Positions 1 to 9,969 of a DNA stretch of 54,534 nt are shown here, in pieces; position 1 is the stretch's first letter, and every line of letters starts with the position of its first letter. A program made the position numbers and the translations under genes. The stretch comes from Gaiellaceae bacterium (GTDB lineage Bacteria > Actinomycetota > Thermoleophilia > Gaiellales > Gaiellaceae). Under the pieces are notes generated by a model. That model made no database searches. It saw only the letters and a list, made by a program, of their open reading frames with translations, and had not been told where the DNA came from. Location: positions 1 through 54,534 of the forward strand of contig JBASRJ010000114.1 of the NCBI GenBank assembly GCA_049273785.1, read 5' to 3'.

Positions 1-1
1 C

Positions 2-733
2 GGCGAGCTGATCGACTCGGTCTACCTGTTCAACAAGTACGCCAACCCGATCCACTACGACGCGTGGATGGATCTCACACGCGTCGTCGAGTGGGTGTGC
101 GATAACTGGGACCAGGCCGACGAGGGAATCTGGGAGGTTCGCGGCGGCCGGCAGAACTTCACGTACTCGCGGCTTATGTCGTGGGTCGCGCTCGAGCGTG
201 CGATCCGGATCGCGACGCAGCGCGGTCTCCCGAGCGACCTCCCGCGATGGCAGAGCGAACGGGACCAGATCTACACCCAGATCATGAACAAAGGGTGGCA
301 TCCCGATCGGCAGGCCTTCGTCCAGCACTACGACACGAACGTGCTCGACGCCGGCGTCCTGATGATGCCGCTCGTGAAGTTCATCGCCCCCACCGATCCG
401 CGCTGGCTCTCGACGCTCGACGCGATCGGCGACGAGCTCGTCAGCGACAGCCTCGTCTACCGCTACAACCTCGAGATCTCGGAGGACGGGCTCGAGGGCG
501 AAGAGGGCACGTTCTCGATCTGCACCTATTGGTACGTGGAGGCCCTGGCAATGGCCGGCCGGCTCGACGAGGCCCGGCTCGCGTTCGAGAAGATGCTGAC
601 GTACGCGAACCACCTCGGGCTCTACGCCGAGCAGATCGGGAAGAGCGGCGAGCAACTCGGGAACTTCCCCCAGGCGTTCACGCACCTGGCCCTGATCAGC
701 TCCGGGACCTATCTCGACCGGTCCCTCGGCTAG
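2..733 (+). CDS. Glycoside hydrolase family 15 (glucoamylase/trehalase-like), C-terminal part; 5' end lies outside the window
   Basis: The frame is open from base 2 with no stop before the listed ORF at 68. The C-terminal (alpha/alpha)6-barrel-like sequence ([11 protein letters not shown]...[13 protein letters not shown]) is typical of GH15. Confidence 0.75.
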   Translation, partial: GELIDSVYLFNKYANPIHYDAWMDLTRVVEWVCDNWDQADEGIWEVRGGRQNFTYSRLMSWVALERAIRIATQRGLPSDLPRWQSERDQIYTQIMNKGWHPDRQAFVQHYDTNVLDAGVLMMPLVKFIAPTDPRWLSTLDAIGDELVSDSLVYRYNLEISEDGLEGEEGTFSICTYWYVEALAMAGRLDEARLAFEKMLTYANHLGLYAEQIGKSGEQLGNFPQAFTHLALISSGTYLDRSLG

Positions 734-819
734 TTCGCGAGCCACGGCTCGGCCTTGAATCCCTTTTCCGGAGCCGTCATCCTTGGCCTGGCTGATACTG
801 GCCCTTCGAGCGGAGGAGA

Positions 820-1689
820 GTGATGGGGACCAACACGCCGGTGCTGGAGGTACCGGGGCATGTTCTCGACTACCTACGTGAACAGCCGACTCTGACGCTC
901 GCGACGGCGTCGCCGGCCGGTGTCCCCCGGGCGACCACGCTCATCTACGTCAACGAGGGCCCCACGGTCTACGTGTGGACGCGGCCCGACACGGCGACCG
1001 CCCGGCACATGGAGCAGAACCCCATCGTCTCCTTTGCGATCGACCAGTACGACGCGGACTGGCGCGGGACGAAGGGGATCCAGGCGACCGGCGAGGCGCA
1101 GGTCGTGCTCAACCCCGCCGAGGTGAAGAAGGCCAAGGAGCTCTTCCTCGCGAAGTTTCCGTCGCTCGCCGGCTCGCTGGCGGCCAACGTGTCCGTCTTC
1201 CGGCTCTCGCCGAGCGAGCTCCAGTTCATCGACAACACGATGTCGGAGGGCACGAACCGCGGCGGGATCGACTTTCATCGGGATCTCGTCTACAGCGTCT
1301 TCCGCGAGCTCCCCCAGCAGGATGCCGAGACGCTGGCCGCGCAGCTGAACACGATGGAGGTGGACGCAGGCACCGTGATCGTTCGCCAGGGAGCGCCGGC
1401 GGACAAGTTCTTCATCATCATCGACGGCGAGGTCGAGATCATCCGCGAAGACGATGGCCAGCAGCGAACGCTCGCCACGCTCACGCGCGGTCAGTTCTTC
1501 GGCGAGATGGCGATCCTGCGCGACTCCCCCCGTATGGCGACCGCGCGCGCCTCCACCCCCGCGACGCTGTTCGCGATGGAACGTGACGCGTTCCGCAACC
1601 TCGTCGCTGGATCGATGGGCACGACGCGGGACTTCGACTCGGTCATCCAACAGCGGCTCGAGGAGATCCAGATGCCGCCCTCGGGATAA
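820..1689 (+). CDS. Fusion of a pyridoxamine 5'-phosphate oxidase-like (split-barrel flavin-binding) domain and a cyclic-nucleotide-binding domain
   Basis: The N-terminal ~150 aa are PNPOx-like (LTLATASPAGVPRATTLIYV...). The C-terminal part is a CAP/cNMP-binding fold (FFIIIDGEVEI...GQFFGEMAIL...RMATARA). An SD-like GGAGGAGAG lies upstream. Confidence 0.75.
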   Translation: MMGTNTPVLEVPGHVLDYLREQPTLTLATASPAGVPRATTLIYVNEGPTVYVWTRPDTATARHMEQNPIVSFAIDQYDADWRGTKGIQATGEAQVVLNPAEVKKAKELFLAKFPSLAGSLAANVSVFRLSPSELQFIDNTMSEGTNRGGIDFHRDLVYSVFRELPQQDAETLAAQLNTMEVDAGTVIVRQGAPADKFFIIIDGEVEIIREDDGQQRTLATLTRGQFFGEMAILRDSPRMATARASTPATLFAMERDAFRNLVAGSMGTTRDFDSVIQQRLEEIQMPPSG

Positions 1690-1698
1690 GTCGCAGCA

Positions 1699-2226
1699 AT
1701 GGCGCAGGTGGCGCGCGAGCCCGAGCTCGCCCAGCAGGAATTCAACGGTACTGACTTCCGGAACGCCCTCGGGACGTTCGCGACGGGGGTCACCGTGATC
1801 ACGACGCAGGGCGTCGACCATCCGTTCGGCATGACCGCGAATGCGTTCTCGTCGGTGTCGCTCGACCCGCCGCTCATACTCATCTGCGTGATCAGCGGGA
1901 CCCACGGCGCCGAGACGATCGAGCGCAACGGCGTGTTCGCAGTCAACATCCTCGGCGACGACCACGAGCCGATCTCCCGCTACTTCTCCTCCAAGGACCG
2001 CCCGCGCGGAGCGGAGGCCTTCGGCGAGATCCCGCACTTCTTCGCGGTGACCGGCTCGCCGATCCTCGAGGGGGCCGCCGGCTATCTCGACTGCCGCCTG
2101 CACGCCTCCCACGAGGCCGGCGATCATCTCGTCTTCATCGGCGAGGTGGTCGCGTTGGGCAACAATCCGGAGGCGAAGCCGTTGCTGTTCCACGGCGGCC
2201 GCTACTGCTTCGTGAAAGAGGACTGA
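1699..2226 (+). CDS. Flavin reductase-like domain protein (FMN-binding split barrel)
   Basis: FRNALGTFATGVTVITT...MTANAFSSVSLDPPLILICV is the classic flavin reductase domain signature. The gene is 175 aa. Confidence 0.85.
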   Translation: MAQVAREPELAQQEFNGTDFRNALGTFATGVTVITTQGVDHPFGMTANAFSSVSLDPPLILICVISGTHGAETIERNGVFAVNILGDDHEPISRYFSSKDRPRGAEAFGEIPHFFAVTGSPILEGAAGYLDCRLHASHEAGDHLVFIGEVVALGNNPEAKPLLFHGGRYCFVKED

Positions 2227-2228
2227 CG

Positions 2229-3110
2229 GTGGGAACCGCCGCAACCAACGATCGCTACGAGGACGCGCTCGCCCGGTACAACGGCGGCGACTTCCAGGCC
2301 GCCCGCGAGCTGGCGCTGCAGGGGCTGGCCGACGAGCCGAAGGACGTCAACCTGCTGCGGATCGCCGGCAAGTCGAGCGCGGAGCTGGATCTCGCCGATG
2401 CGACCGGCTACCTCGAGCAGGCCGTCGACATCGAGCCCGACAACGCGGACGCCTGGCGGGAGCTCGCCGAAGCGTTCCTCTACCAGAACCGGCTCCCGGA
2501 AGCCATGAGCGCGATCCAGCAGGCGATCGAACTACGGCCGGACGACGTGTCAGGGCTCATCGACCTCGGACTCGGGGCGCTCGCCTCGGGGCGCGTCGAC
2601 GAGGCGATCTCGCATCTCGCCCAGGCCGTCGAGCGCGATCCCGGGAGCACGATCGCGCGCCGCGCGCTGATCGACGTCTACCGCGCGACCGGGAGGCACG
2701 AGGAAGCGCTCAAAGCCGCAGAAAACCTCCTGCAGCTGCAGCCGGACGACGTGCTCGCCACGCTCGACGCGGCCGAGCTCAACCTCGCCCTAGGCCGGTC
2801 GGAGAATGCGGCCGTGGAGTACGCACGGCTCACCGCGATCGACGACGAGCCCGAGCACGAGGTCTATGCCTACCACGGGATGATCCAGGCCGAAATCCAG
2901 CGCGAGCAGTGGCGCCGCGCGCTCGACCTTGCGATCGAGGCGACACGCGTCGACCGGTACGGGCGCACGACCGACCTGCTCGCATTCGTCGTCACGCAGG
3001 TCTTCGGAAAAGCCGATCGCCCCGCCCCGAGTCGCGCCGAGGTCGACGAGGCTCTCGCCGCATCCCAAGCCGAACACCGACGACTCCACACGGAGGACCA
3101 TGGCTTCTAA
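2229..3110 (+). CDS. Tetratricopeptide (TPR) repeat protein
   Basis: Repeated 34-aa A/L/Y/P-pattern helices (AWRELAEAFLYQNRLPEAMSAIQQAIELRPDD etc.). The stop overlaps the next gene's start. Confidence 0.7.
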   Translation: MGTAATNDRYEDALARYNGGDFQAARELALQGLADEPKDVNLLRIAGKSSAELDLADATGYLEQAVDIEPDNADAWRELAEAFLYQNRLPEAMSAIQQAIELRPDDVSGLIDLGLGALASGRVDEAISHLAQAVERDPGSTIARRALIDVYRATGRHEEALKAAENLLQLQPDDVLATLDAAELNLALGRSENAAVEYARLTAIDDEPEHEVYAYHGMIQAEIQREQWRRALDLAIEATRVDRYGRTTDLLAFVVTQVFGKADRPAPSRAEVDEALAASQAEHRRLHTEDHGF

Positions 3111-4824
3111 GGTCGAGACACCCGCGAAGACGACCGAACCGGTCCAGTGGACCAGGTGTCCCTCGTGCGACGCGTTCGTCTACCACAAGCGCCTTAAGCG
3201 GAACCTCGGCGTCTGCCCCGAGTGCAACTACCACTTCCGCCTGCCCATGCAGGAACGGCTCGCGACGTTGCTCGACGAAGGAAGCTTCGAGGACCTGAGC
3301 GGCGACATCGAACCGGTCGACCCGCTCGCGTTCGCCGACTCGAAGCCGTATGCCGACCGCCTCGCCGAGGCGTTCCGCAAGACCGGGAACCGCGAGGGTG
3401 CGCTCTACGGGACGGCGACGATCGGCGGCAACCCGCTCGTCGTCGCGATCATGAACTTCGCCTTCATCGGCGGCAGCATGGGCGGCGGCGTCGGCGAGGC
3501 GATCACGCGCGGGGCCGAATTGGCACTCGAGCGGCGGCTGCCGTTCCTCGCGATCTCCGCGTCCGGCGGTGCGCGCATGCAGGAGGGCTGCGTGTCGCTG
3601 ATGCAGCTCGCCAAGACGAGCCAGGCGGTGGCCCGGCTCCACGAGGAAGGCGTCCTCTTCGTGTCCTTCCTCAGCGATCCGACATACGGCGGCGTCAGCG
3701 CGTCGTTCGCCACGCTCGGCGACCTGCTGATCTCGGAGCCCGGCAGCTACATCGGCTTCGCCGGCCCGAAGGTGATCGAGCAGACGATCAGGCAGAAGCT
3801 GCCGGAGGGTTTCCAGACCGCCGGTTTCCTCATGGACCACGGTCAGCTCGACCTCGTCGAGCCGCGGGAGAACCTGCGCAACTCGCTGCGCAAGATCCTC
3901 GAGCTCCACGCCGGCGCCGATGGTCCCGCTGCCGCCGGCCTGCCCGAGGCGACGGGAGCCGCGCCGATCACGGATCCCGAGCAGCTGCCCGCGCGCGACC
4001 CGTGGGAGATCGTGCAGCTCGCCCGCCACACGGACCGTCCGAACACGCTCGAGTACATCAGCCACATCTTCGACGACTACCAGGAGTTCTTCGGCGACCG
4101 GCTCTTCGACGAGGACGCGGCGATCGTCGGCGGGCTCGCGAAGCTCGGCGACATCACGATGATGGTGCTCGGCCACCAGAAGGGCCATACGACGAGCGAG
4201 ATGATGGAGCGGAACTTCGGCATGCCGAATCCCGAGGGCTACCGCAAGGCCCTGCGCCTGATGCGCTACGCAGCGAAGTTCGGAATGCCGATCGTCACGC
4301 TCGTCGACACCCCAGGCGCCTATCCGGGAATCGGCGCCGAGGAACGCGGCCAGTCGATCGCGATCGCGCAGAGCATCATGGAGATGTCGCGCTTCCCGGT
4401 CCCCATCGTCGTGGTCGTGACCGGTGAGGGCGGCAGCGGCGGCGCGCTCGCCCTGGCAGTCGGCGACCGCGTGATGATGATGGAGAACTCGTACTACTCC
4501 GTGATCAGCCCCGAGGGCTGCTCGACCATCCTCTTCAAGGACGCGGCACAGGCGCCGCGCGCCGCCGCCGCGCTCCGCGTCACGGCGCCCGACCTGCTCC
4601 GGCTCAAGATCATGGATGCGATCGTGCCGGAGCCCGAGGGCGGCGCACACACGGACGCGCTCGTCGCCGCGCAGAATCTGAAGACCGCGATCGTCACCAG
4701 CTTCCGCGATCTGCTCGGAACTCCGCCCGACCAGCTCGTGGAGCGCCGCTACGCCCGTTTCCGCATGTTCGGCACGGCCGATCAGCAGCCCGTCCTTCCG
4801 AAACTGGAGACCACCGATGCCTGA
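3100..4824 (+). CDS. accD: Acetyl-CoA carboxylase carboxyltransferase, fused beta (AccD) and alpha (AccA) subunits
   Basis: ATG at 3100 is chosen inside the longer ORF from 2929. The N-terminus has the AccD Zn-ribbon CPSCDAFVYHKRLKRNLGVCPECNYHF. The C-terminal half is AccA-like (RHTDRPNTLEYI...PIVTLVDTPGAYPGIGAEERGQ). Confidence 0.9.
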   Translation: MASKVETPAKTTEPVQWTRCPSCDAFVYHKRLKRNLGVCPECNYHFRLPMQERLATLLDEGSFEDLSGDIEPVDPLAFADSKPYADRLAEAFRKTGNREGALYGTATIGGNPLVVAIMNFAFIGGSMGGGVGEAITRGAELALERRLPFLAISASGGARMQEGCVSLMQLAKTSQAVARLHEEGVLFVSFLSDPTYGGVSASFATLGDLLISEPGSYIGFAGPKVIEQTIRQKLPEGFQTAGFLMDHGQLDLVEPRENLRNSLRKILELHAGADGPAAAGLPEATGAAPITDPEQLPARDPWEIVQLARHTDRPNTLEYISHIFDDYQEFFGDRLFDEDAAIVGGLAKLGDITMMVLGHQKGHTTSEMMERNFGMPNPEGYRKALRLMRYAAKFGMPIVTLVDTPGAYPGIGAEERGQSIAIAQSIMEMSRFPVPIVVVVTGEGGSGGALALAVGDRVMMMENSYYSVISPEGCSTILFKDAAQAPRAAAALRVTAPDLLRLKIMDAIVPEPEGGAHTDALVAAQNLKTAIVTSFRDLLGTPPDQLVERRYARFRMFGTADQQPVLPKLETTDA

Positions 4825-5305
4825 GCCGCCCCCGAAGCGAAAGCCGCCCACGAACCAGGAGCTGATCCGCGCCGTCTGGGAAGAGGCGCGCGACCTCGTC
4901 AAGCGCCTCGAAGGGAGCACGGTGCAGCGGTTCTCCGTCGAGGCCGGCGACACGAAGATCGAGATCGAGCGCCGAGCCGGCGTCGTCGTCGCGGATGCCG
5001 GCGGCGGTGGCGGCGCGATCGCCGAAGAGCGAAAGGACGGCGACAGCGCCGCCCTCGACGCAGGTCATCCGATCAAGTCGCCTCTCGTCGGGACCTTCTA
5101 CCGCTCGTCACAGCCGGGCGCGCCGCCGTTCGTGAACGAAGGCGACACGGTCGACGCGGGACAAACGGTCGGGATCGTCGAGGCGATGAAGCTGATGAAC
5201 CAGGTTCAGGCCGACCAGGCCGGCAAGGTCAGCAAGATCCTCGCCGGGGACGGGGACTGGGTGGAGTTCGAGCAGACGCTGATGCTGATCGAGCCGGCGG
5301 GCTAG
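4817..5305 (+). CDS. accB: Biotin carboxyl carrier protein
   Basis: C-terminal biotinyl domain with the EAMKLMN biotinylation motif. It overlaps the accDA stop by 8 nt. Confidence 0.9.
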   Translation: MPEPPPKRKPPTNQELIRAVWEEARDLVKRLEGSTVQRFSVEAGDTKIEIERRAGVVVADAGGGGGAIAEERKDGDSAALDAGHPIKSPLVGTFYRSSQPGAPPFVNEGDTVDAGQTVGIVEAMKLMNQVQADQAGKVSKILAGDGDWVEFEQTLMLIEPAG

Positions 5306-5309
5306 AACG

Positions 5310-6689
5310 GTGTTCGAAAAGGTCCTGATCGCAAACCGAGGCGAGATCGCGCTCCGCGTCGCGCGCGCGTGCCGCGAGCTCGGCATCAAGTGCGTCGCCG
5401 TCTACTCGACGGCCGACGCCGAGTCCGCCGTCGTCCGCTTCGCCGACGAGGCCGTCCAGATCGGCCCGCCCGCGGTCGGGCGCAGCTACCTGCACATCCC
5501 GAGCCTGATCGGCGCGGCGCTGAAGACGGGCGCCGACGCGATCCATCCCGGCTACGGCTTCCTCTCCGAGGATCCGTACTTCGCCGAGATCTGCACGGAC
5601 GAGGGCATCACGTTCATCGGGCCGCGTCCGGACGTGATGGAGAAGGTCGGCGACAAGGCGACGGCGCGCGAGCTGATGCAGAAGGCCGGCCTGCCGCTCC
5701 TGCCGGGAACGGTCGAGCCGGTGAACACGGTCGACGAGGCGCACGACATCGCCGGCGAGATCGGCTACCCCGTGATCATCAAGGCCGTCGCCGGCGGCGG
5801 CGGGCGCGGCATGAGCGTCGTCACGCAAGAGGAAGATCTGGCGCGGCTCTACCAGACGACGCGCGCGACCGCGCAGGCGGTGTTCAAGGACAGCGCCGTG
5901 TACATCTAGCGCTACCTGGAGACCTCCCGCCACACGGAGATCCAGCTCGTCTGCGACGCGCACGGAACCGGCGTCTACTTCGGCGAGCGCGACTGCTCCG
6001 TCCAGCGCCGCCATCAGAAGCTGATCGAGGAGGCGCCGTCGATCCATCTGAACGAGGAGACCCGGCGTGAAGTCGGCGAGGCCGCCGTGCGCGGCGCGCT
6101 CTCGGTCGGCTACACGGGCGCGGGCACGATGGAGTTCCTGCTCGACCTCGAGGGCAACCTCTTCTTCATGGAGATGAACGCCCGCATCCAGGTCGAGCAC
6201 CCCGTCTCCGAGCTCGTCACGAGCACCGATCTGATCCAGGAGCAGATCCGCGTCGCCGCCGGCGAGAAGCTCTCGGTGGCGCAGGACGACGTCCTGCCGC
6301 TCCACGGACACGCGATCGAGTGCCGGATCAACGCCGAGGATCCCGACAACGACTTCGCGCCTGCGGCCGGCAGACTCGACACGTACGTGCCCCCCGGCGG
6401 CCCATGGACCCGCGTCGACTCTCACTGCTATCCCGGCTGGATGATCAGCCCGTTCTACGACTCGCTGATCGCGAAGCTGATCGTCTGGGCGCCCAACCGC
6501 GACGCGGCGATCGACCGGATGATTCGTGCGCTCGGCGAGTTCGAGATCTCGGGGCGCGGCGTGAAGACGACGATCCCGTTCCACCTCCGGATCCTGGACC
6601 ACCCGCAATTCCGCTCCGGCGACGTCACGACGGACTTCGTCGAGCACTTCATGTCCGAGGAAGCCGCGGCAGCCGCGGCCGCGAGCTAA
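5310..6689 (+). pseudogene. accC: Biotin carboxylase (ATP-grasp) interrupted by one in-frame TAG at 5907-5909
   Basis: ORFs 5310-5909 and 6087-6689 are in the same frame. Translation through the stop reads AVYI*RYLETSRHTEIQLVCD...ERDCSVQRRHQKLIEEAPS, collinear with canonical biotin carboxylase in which this position is Glu (GAG). Identity as accC is high; whether it is truly a pseudogene is uncertain. Confidence 0.7.
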
Positions 6690-6696
6690 AGGAGAA

Positions 6697-7260
6697 GTGA
6701 TGGCCAAAGGACAGGACGAGGTTGCCGCCCTCAAGCGGATCATCGAGATCACGGGAGCGCTCAACTCGACGCTGAACGTCGACGAGCTGCTGGAGCTGAT
6801 CATGTCGTCCGCGGCCGAGCTGCTCGGCGCCGAGACTAGCTCGCTGCTGCTGCTGGACGAGGAGTCGGGCGACCTCGTCATCCACATCGCGACCGGCGAG
6901 CCCGGCGAGCAGGTCGAGCGGCGCCACGTCCCTCCCGGCAAGGGCATTGCGGGGGCCGTGCTGGAGAGCGGCGAGCCGACCGTCGTCGCGGATGCGAAGA
7001 ACGATTCGCGTTTCTACGGCGTGATGGACGAGGCGACCGGGTTCGAGACGCGCAACATGCTCGCGCTGCCGCTCAAGGTGCGCGACCAGGCGATCGGCGT
7101 CGTCGAGGTGATCAACAAGCGCGACGGCGAGTTCAGCGATGCCGACAAGGCGCTCGCGGGCGCGCTCGCGAACCAGGCAGCGATCGCGATCGACAACGCG
7201 CGGCTGTACGCGCGACTGGCCGACGCGGTCGTCGCCTCGCGGATGTCGTACCGGCTCTAG
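6697..7260 (+). CDS. GAF domain protein
   Basis: A single GAF-like domain (LLLLDEESGDLVIHIATGE...GIAGAVLESGEPTVVADAKNDSRF...LALPLKVRDQAIGVVEVINK). Confidence 0.8.
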   Translation: MMAKGQDEVAALKRIIEITGALNSTLNVDELLELIMSSAAELLGAETSSLLLLDEESGDLVIHIATGEPGEQVERRHVPPGKGIAGAVLESGEPTVVADAKNDSRFYGVMDEATGFETRNMLALPLKVRDQAIGVVEVINKRDGEFSDADKALAGALANQAAIAIDNARLYARLADAVVASRMSYRL

Positions 7261-7267
7261 TCCGGCG

Positions 7268-8218
7268 TTACTCGACCGCGGCGGTTCGCGCGGCGGCGAA
7301 CGACTCGATCTTCGTCGCGGAATCGACGGCGCTCGAATCGGTCTCCATCCCGAGGATCTGCTTGACCAGGCCGCTGAGGACGCGGCCCGGGCCAACCTCG
7401 AGAAACGTCGTCGCACCTGCGCCCGCCAGCGCCTGCGCGCAGTCGACCCAGCGCACCGGGCTCGCGATCTGCGCGATCAGCGCCTCCCGCACCTGGTCGC
7501 CGCTCGTCACGAGCTCGCCGCTCGCGTTCGAGGCCATCGGCACCTGCGGGTCTCTCCAGGAGACGTCCTGCATCGCCTCCGCCATCTTCGCCTGCGCCGG
7601 CCTCATGAGCTCGCTGTGGAAAGCCGCGCCGACCTGGAGCCGGACGACCTTCTCCGCCCCCGCCTCCTCCGCGAGCTCCATCGCCCGCTCGACGCCGCTC
7701 ACCTCGCCCGAGACGACGATCTGGCTCGGAGTGTTCAGGTTCGCGGGCGCGACGGTCCCGGCCGCCGAGGCCGTCTTGCAGAGCTCTGTGAGCTGCTCGA
7801 TCGGGAGGCCGATGATCGCCGCCATCGTGCCGGGACGCTCCGTCTGGGCCTCGTTCATCAGCCGTCCGCGCAGGCTGACCAGTTGGATGCCGTCCTCGAA
7901 CGACAGCGCGCCCGACGCCACGGCAGCGGTGTACTCGCCGAGGCTGTGGCCGGCGACCATCTCCGGCTGGAGGCCGCTGTCTCTCGCCACCTCGTTCAGC
8001 GCCAGGGACAGCGCGAACAGGGCCGGCTGGGCGACGTTCGTCTCGGTCAGCGACTCCATCGGCCCTTCGAGCGAGTACTGGCTGATCGGCACCCCCGACG
8101 CCTCGTCCGCCTGCGAGACGTAGCGGCCGTAGACCTCGGGATGGCTCTCCTTCAGGTCCGTGCCCATGCCCACTTTCTGGGAGCCCTGTCCCGGGAACAG
8201 AAACGCGAGTTTGCCCAT
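7268..8218 (-). CDS. fabD: Malonyl-CoA:ACP transacylase
   Basis: FLFPGQGSQKVGMG plus the active-site GHSLGEYTA; 316 aa. Confidence 0.92.
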   Translation of the reverse strand: MGKLAFLFPGQGSQKVGMGTDLKESHPEVYGRYVSQADEASGVPISQYSLEGPMESLTETNVAQPALFALSLALNEVARDSGLQPEMVAGHSLGEYTAAVASGALSFEDGIQLVSLRGRLMNEAQTERPGTMAAIIGLPIEQLTELCKTASAAGTVAPANLNTPSQIVVSGEVSGVERAMELAEEAGAEKVVRLQVGAAFHSELMRPAQAKMAEAMQDVSWRDPQVPMASNASGELVTSGDQVREALIAQIASPVRWVDCAQALAGAGATTFLEVGPGRVLSGLVKQILGMETDSSAVDSATKIESFAAARTAAVE

Positions 8219-8286
8219 CTCGGCCTCCCTCGGACGCGGTCGCAGCTACACCCCGGACCGAGTATCCCATGCCCTCTCCGGCTTGC

Positions 8287-9948
8287 CTAGGAGGGTACGA
8301 CGGGCAGGAGCAGGCACGAGGGCCGCTCCGGATCGTGGAAGACGGTCTGGCGCGCGATCAGGGCGTCTCCCGGCCCGTCGACCCCCAGCGGGCTCCCCGT
8401 GTTCAGGTTTCGGTCGAAGCGGGGGAACGAGCTGCTCGTGACCAGCAGCCGAATGCGATGGCCGGGGAGGAAGACGTTGCTCGTGGCGGCCAGATCGATC
8501 CGATACTCGTAGGGCCGGTCGGGCTCGACCAGCACCTCGCGGTCGAACCCTTCGCGAAACCGGGCTCGGATCACGCCTTCCGCGACGATGATCGCCTCGC
8601 CGTTCGGCCGGACGTCGACGAGCTTCGCGACGAAGTCCGTATCGCGCGCGCTCGTCGCAGCGTGCAGCCGGAGCGCGAGCGGACCGGTCACCTCCAGCGG
8701 CTCTTCGAGCACGGCCGACGTGTAGACGAGCACGTCCGCACGGTCGTCGAGCCGCCGCTGGTCGAGCGGTCCCGAGTTCGGCTTCATCATCCGGGCGGGC
8801 AGCGAGGTCGGACCGCCGATCGTCGGCGCGGGATCGTCCGGGTCGTACAAGAACTCGTCCGGACGCTCGTCCCCGGGCGGCTCCCCTGTGAGCGCCCCAT
8901 GCTCGTGCAGGTACCACGGCGTCTCGCGCGCGCGTGCAAGCGGCCAGTCGTCCTCGTCGCGCCAGCGATTCTCACCCATGACGAAGATCCGCACCGGTGG
9001 CTCGTCCCCGAGACCGTTCGCGTCTCCGCGCAGATGGTGCGCGAAGAAGCGAAGCTGCAACTCGGGCACGTCGGTCGCGTCGTTGGGCGCGAAGAGGTCG
9101 AAGCTGTGATCAGGATACGGCCCGTAGGTGCTTCCGTGCGCCCACGGGCCGACGAGGAGACGCGGAGAGGCACGTGCGAGCTCGGAGCCGGCCCGTGCCC
9201 GCATCCCGACGTAGTTCTCGAGCGTGCCGCGGATGAAGACGTCGTACCAGCCGCCGATGATGAAGGCCGGGACCTCGATCCGCTCGTAGCGACGGTTGAT
9301 CGACAGCGCTCGCCAGTAGTGGTCGTCGGTCGAGTGCGCGAGCCAGTGCGCGTACAGCCGCGCCCAGACGAGATCGGAAATCGGCAGCGTGCGGAGCGGC
9401 AGGTGCCGATACACCTCGTCGAGCTTCGCGATCCCGCGCGGGTTGGTCATCAACCAGATCCAGAAGACGTTGAAGCCGAATTGGAAGGCTCCCCCCTCGT
9501 AGATCCAGCCGTTGTAGAAGTCGCTGCCGGTCACGATCGGCGAGATCGCGCGAAGATGCGGCGGCCGTTCCGCCGCGCCGAGCCACTGCACCGCAGCGGC
9601 GTACGAGCGGCCGGCCATGCCGACGTTTCCGTCGCACCAAGTCTGGGCGGCAGTCCATTCGACCGTGTCGAACGTGTCGTCGACGTCGGAGAAGAACGTG
9701 TAGAACTCGCCTTCCGAGGCGAAGCGTCCGCGCACGTCCTGGCAGACGAGCGCGAAACCCGCATCGACCGCGCGCTCTGGCTCGATCGCGGCCAGCTGGA
9801 TCAGCGGCGACGTACGGTCGTACGGTGTCCGGTTGACAAGCGCGGGCACGGGCCTGTCGGTGGCCGGCCGGTACACGTCGGCGCGCAACACGATCCCGTC
9901 ACGCATCGGGACCGCAACATCGCGCTCGATGACGGGCTCGCGTGCCAC
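8287..9948 (-). CDS. CocE/NonD family hydrolase (S15 X-Pro dipeptidyl-peptidase-like alpha/beta hydrolase)
   Basis: N-terminal VPMRDGIVLRADVYRP and the nucleophile elbow VGMAGRSYAA. The C-terminal jelly-roll region is typical of the family. Confidence 0.85.
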   Translation of the reverse strand: MAREPVIERDVAVPMRDGIVLRADVYRPATDRPVPALVNRTPYDRTSPLIQLAAIEPERAVDAGFALVCQDVRGRFASEGEFYTFFSDVDDTFDTVEWTAAQTWCDGNVGMAGRSYAAAVQWLGAAERPPHLRAISPIVTGSDFYNGWIYEGGAFQFGFNVFWIWLMTNPRGIAKLDEVYRHLPLRTLPISDLVWARLYAHWLAHSTDDHYWRALSINRRYERIEVPAFIIGGWYDVFIRGTLENYVGMRARAGSELARASPRLLVGPWAHGSTYGPYPDHSFDLFAPNDATDVPELQLRFFAHHLRGDANGLGDEPPVRIFVMGENRWRDEDDWPLARARETPWYLHEHGALTGEPPGDERPDEFLYDPDDPAPTIGGPTSLPARMMKPNSGPLDQRRLDDRADVLVYTSAVLEEPLEVTGPLALRLHAATSARDTDFVAKLVDVRPNGEAIIVAEGVIRARFREGFDREVLVEPDRPYEYRIDLAATSNVFLPGHRIRLLVTSSSFPRFDRNLNTGSPLGVDGPGDALIARQTVFHDPERPSCLLLPVVPS

Positions 9949-9969
9949 CGGAAAGGCGTTCGGTGCCGG

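Noticed and set aside
874-2244. 456-aa minus-strand ORF antisense to the PNPOx-cNMP and flavin reductase genes
   Set aside because: The translation is Arg/Ala/Gly-rich and low-complexity, as expected of shadow ORFs in GC-rich DNA. The opposite strand carries clear domain signatures.
2992-4953. 653-aa minus-strand ORF antisense to accDA
   Set aside because: It is a shadow ORF with no motifs. The plus strand encodes an unambiguous AccD-AccA.
5229-6947. 572-aa minus-strand ORF antisense to accC
   Set aside because: It is a shadow ORF. It is notable only because it spans the accC TAG site, and its translation looks non-protein-like.
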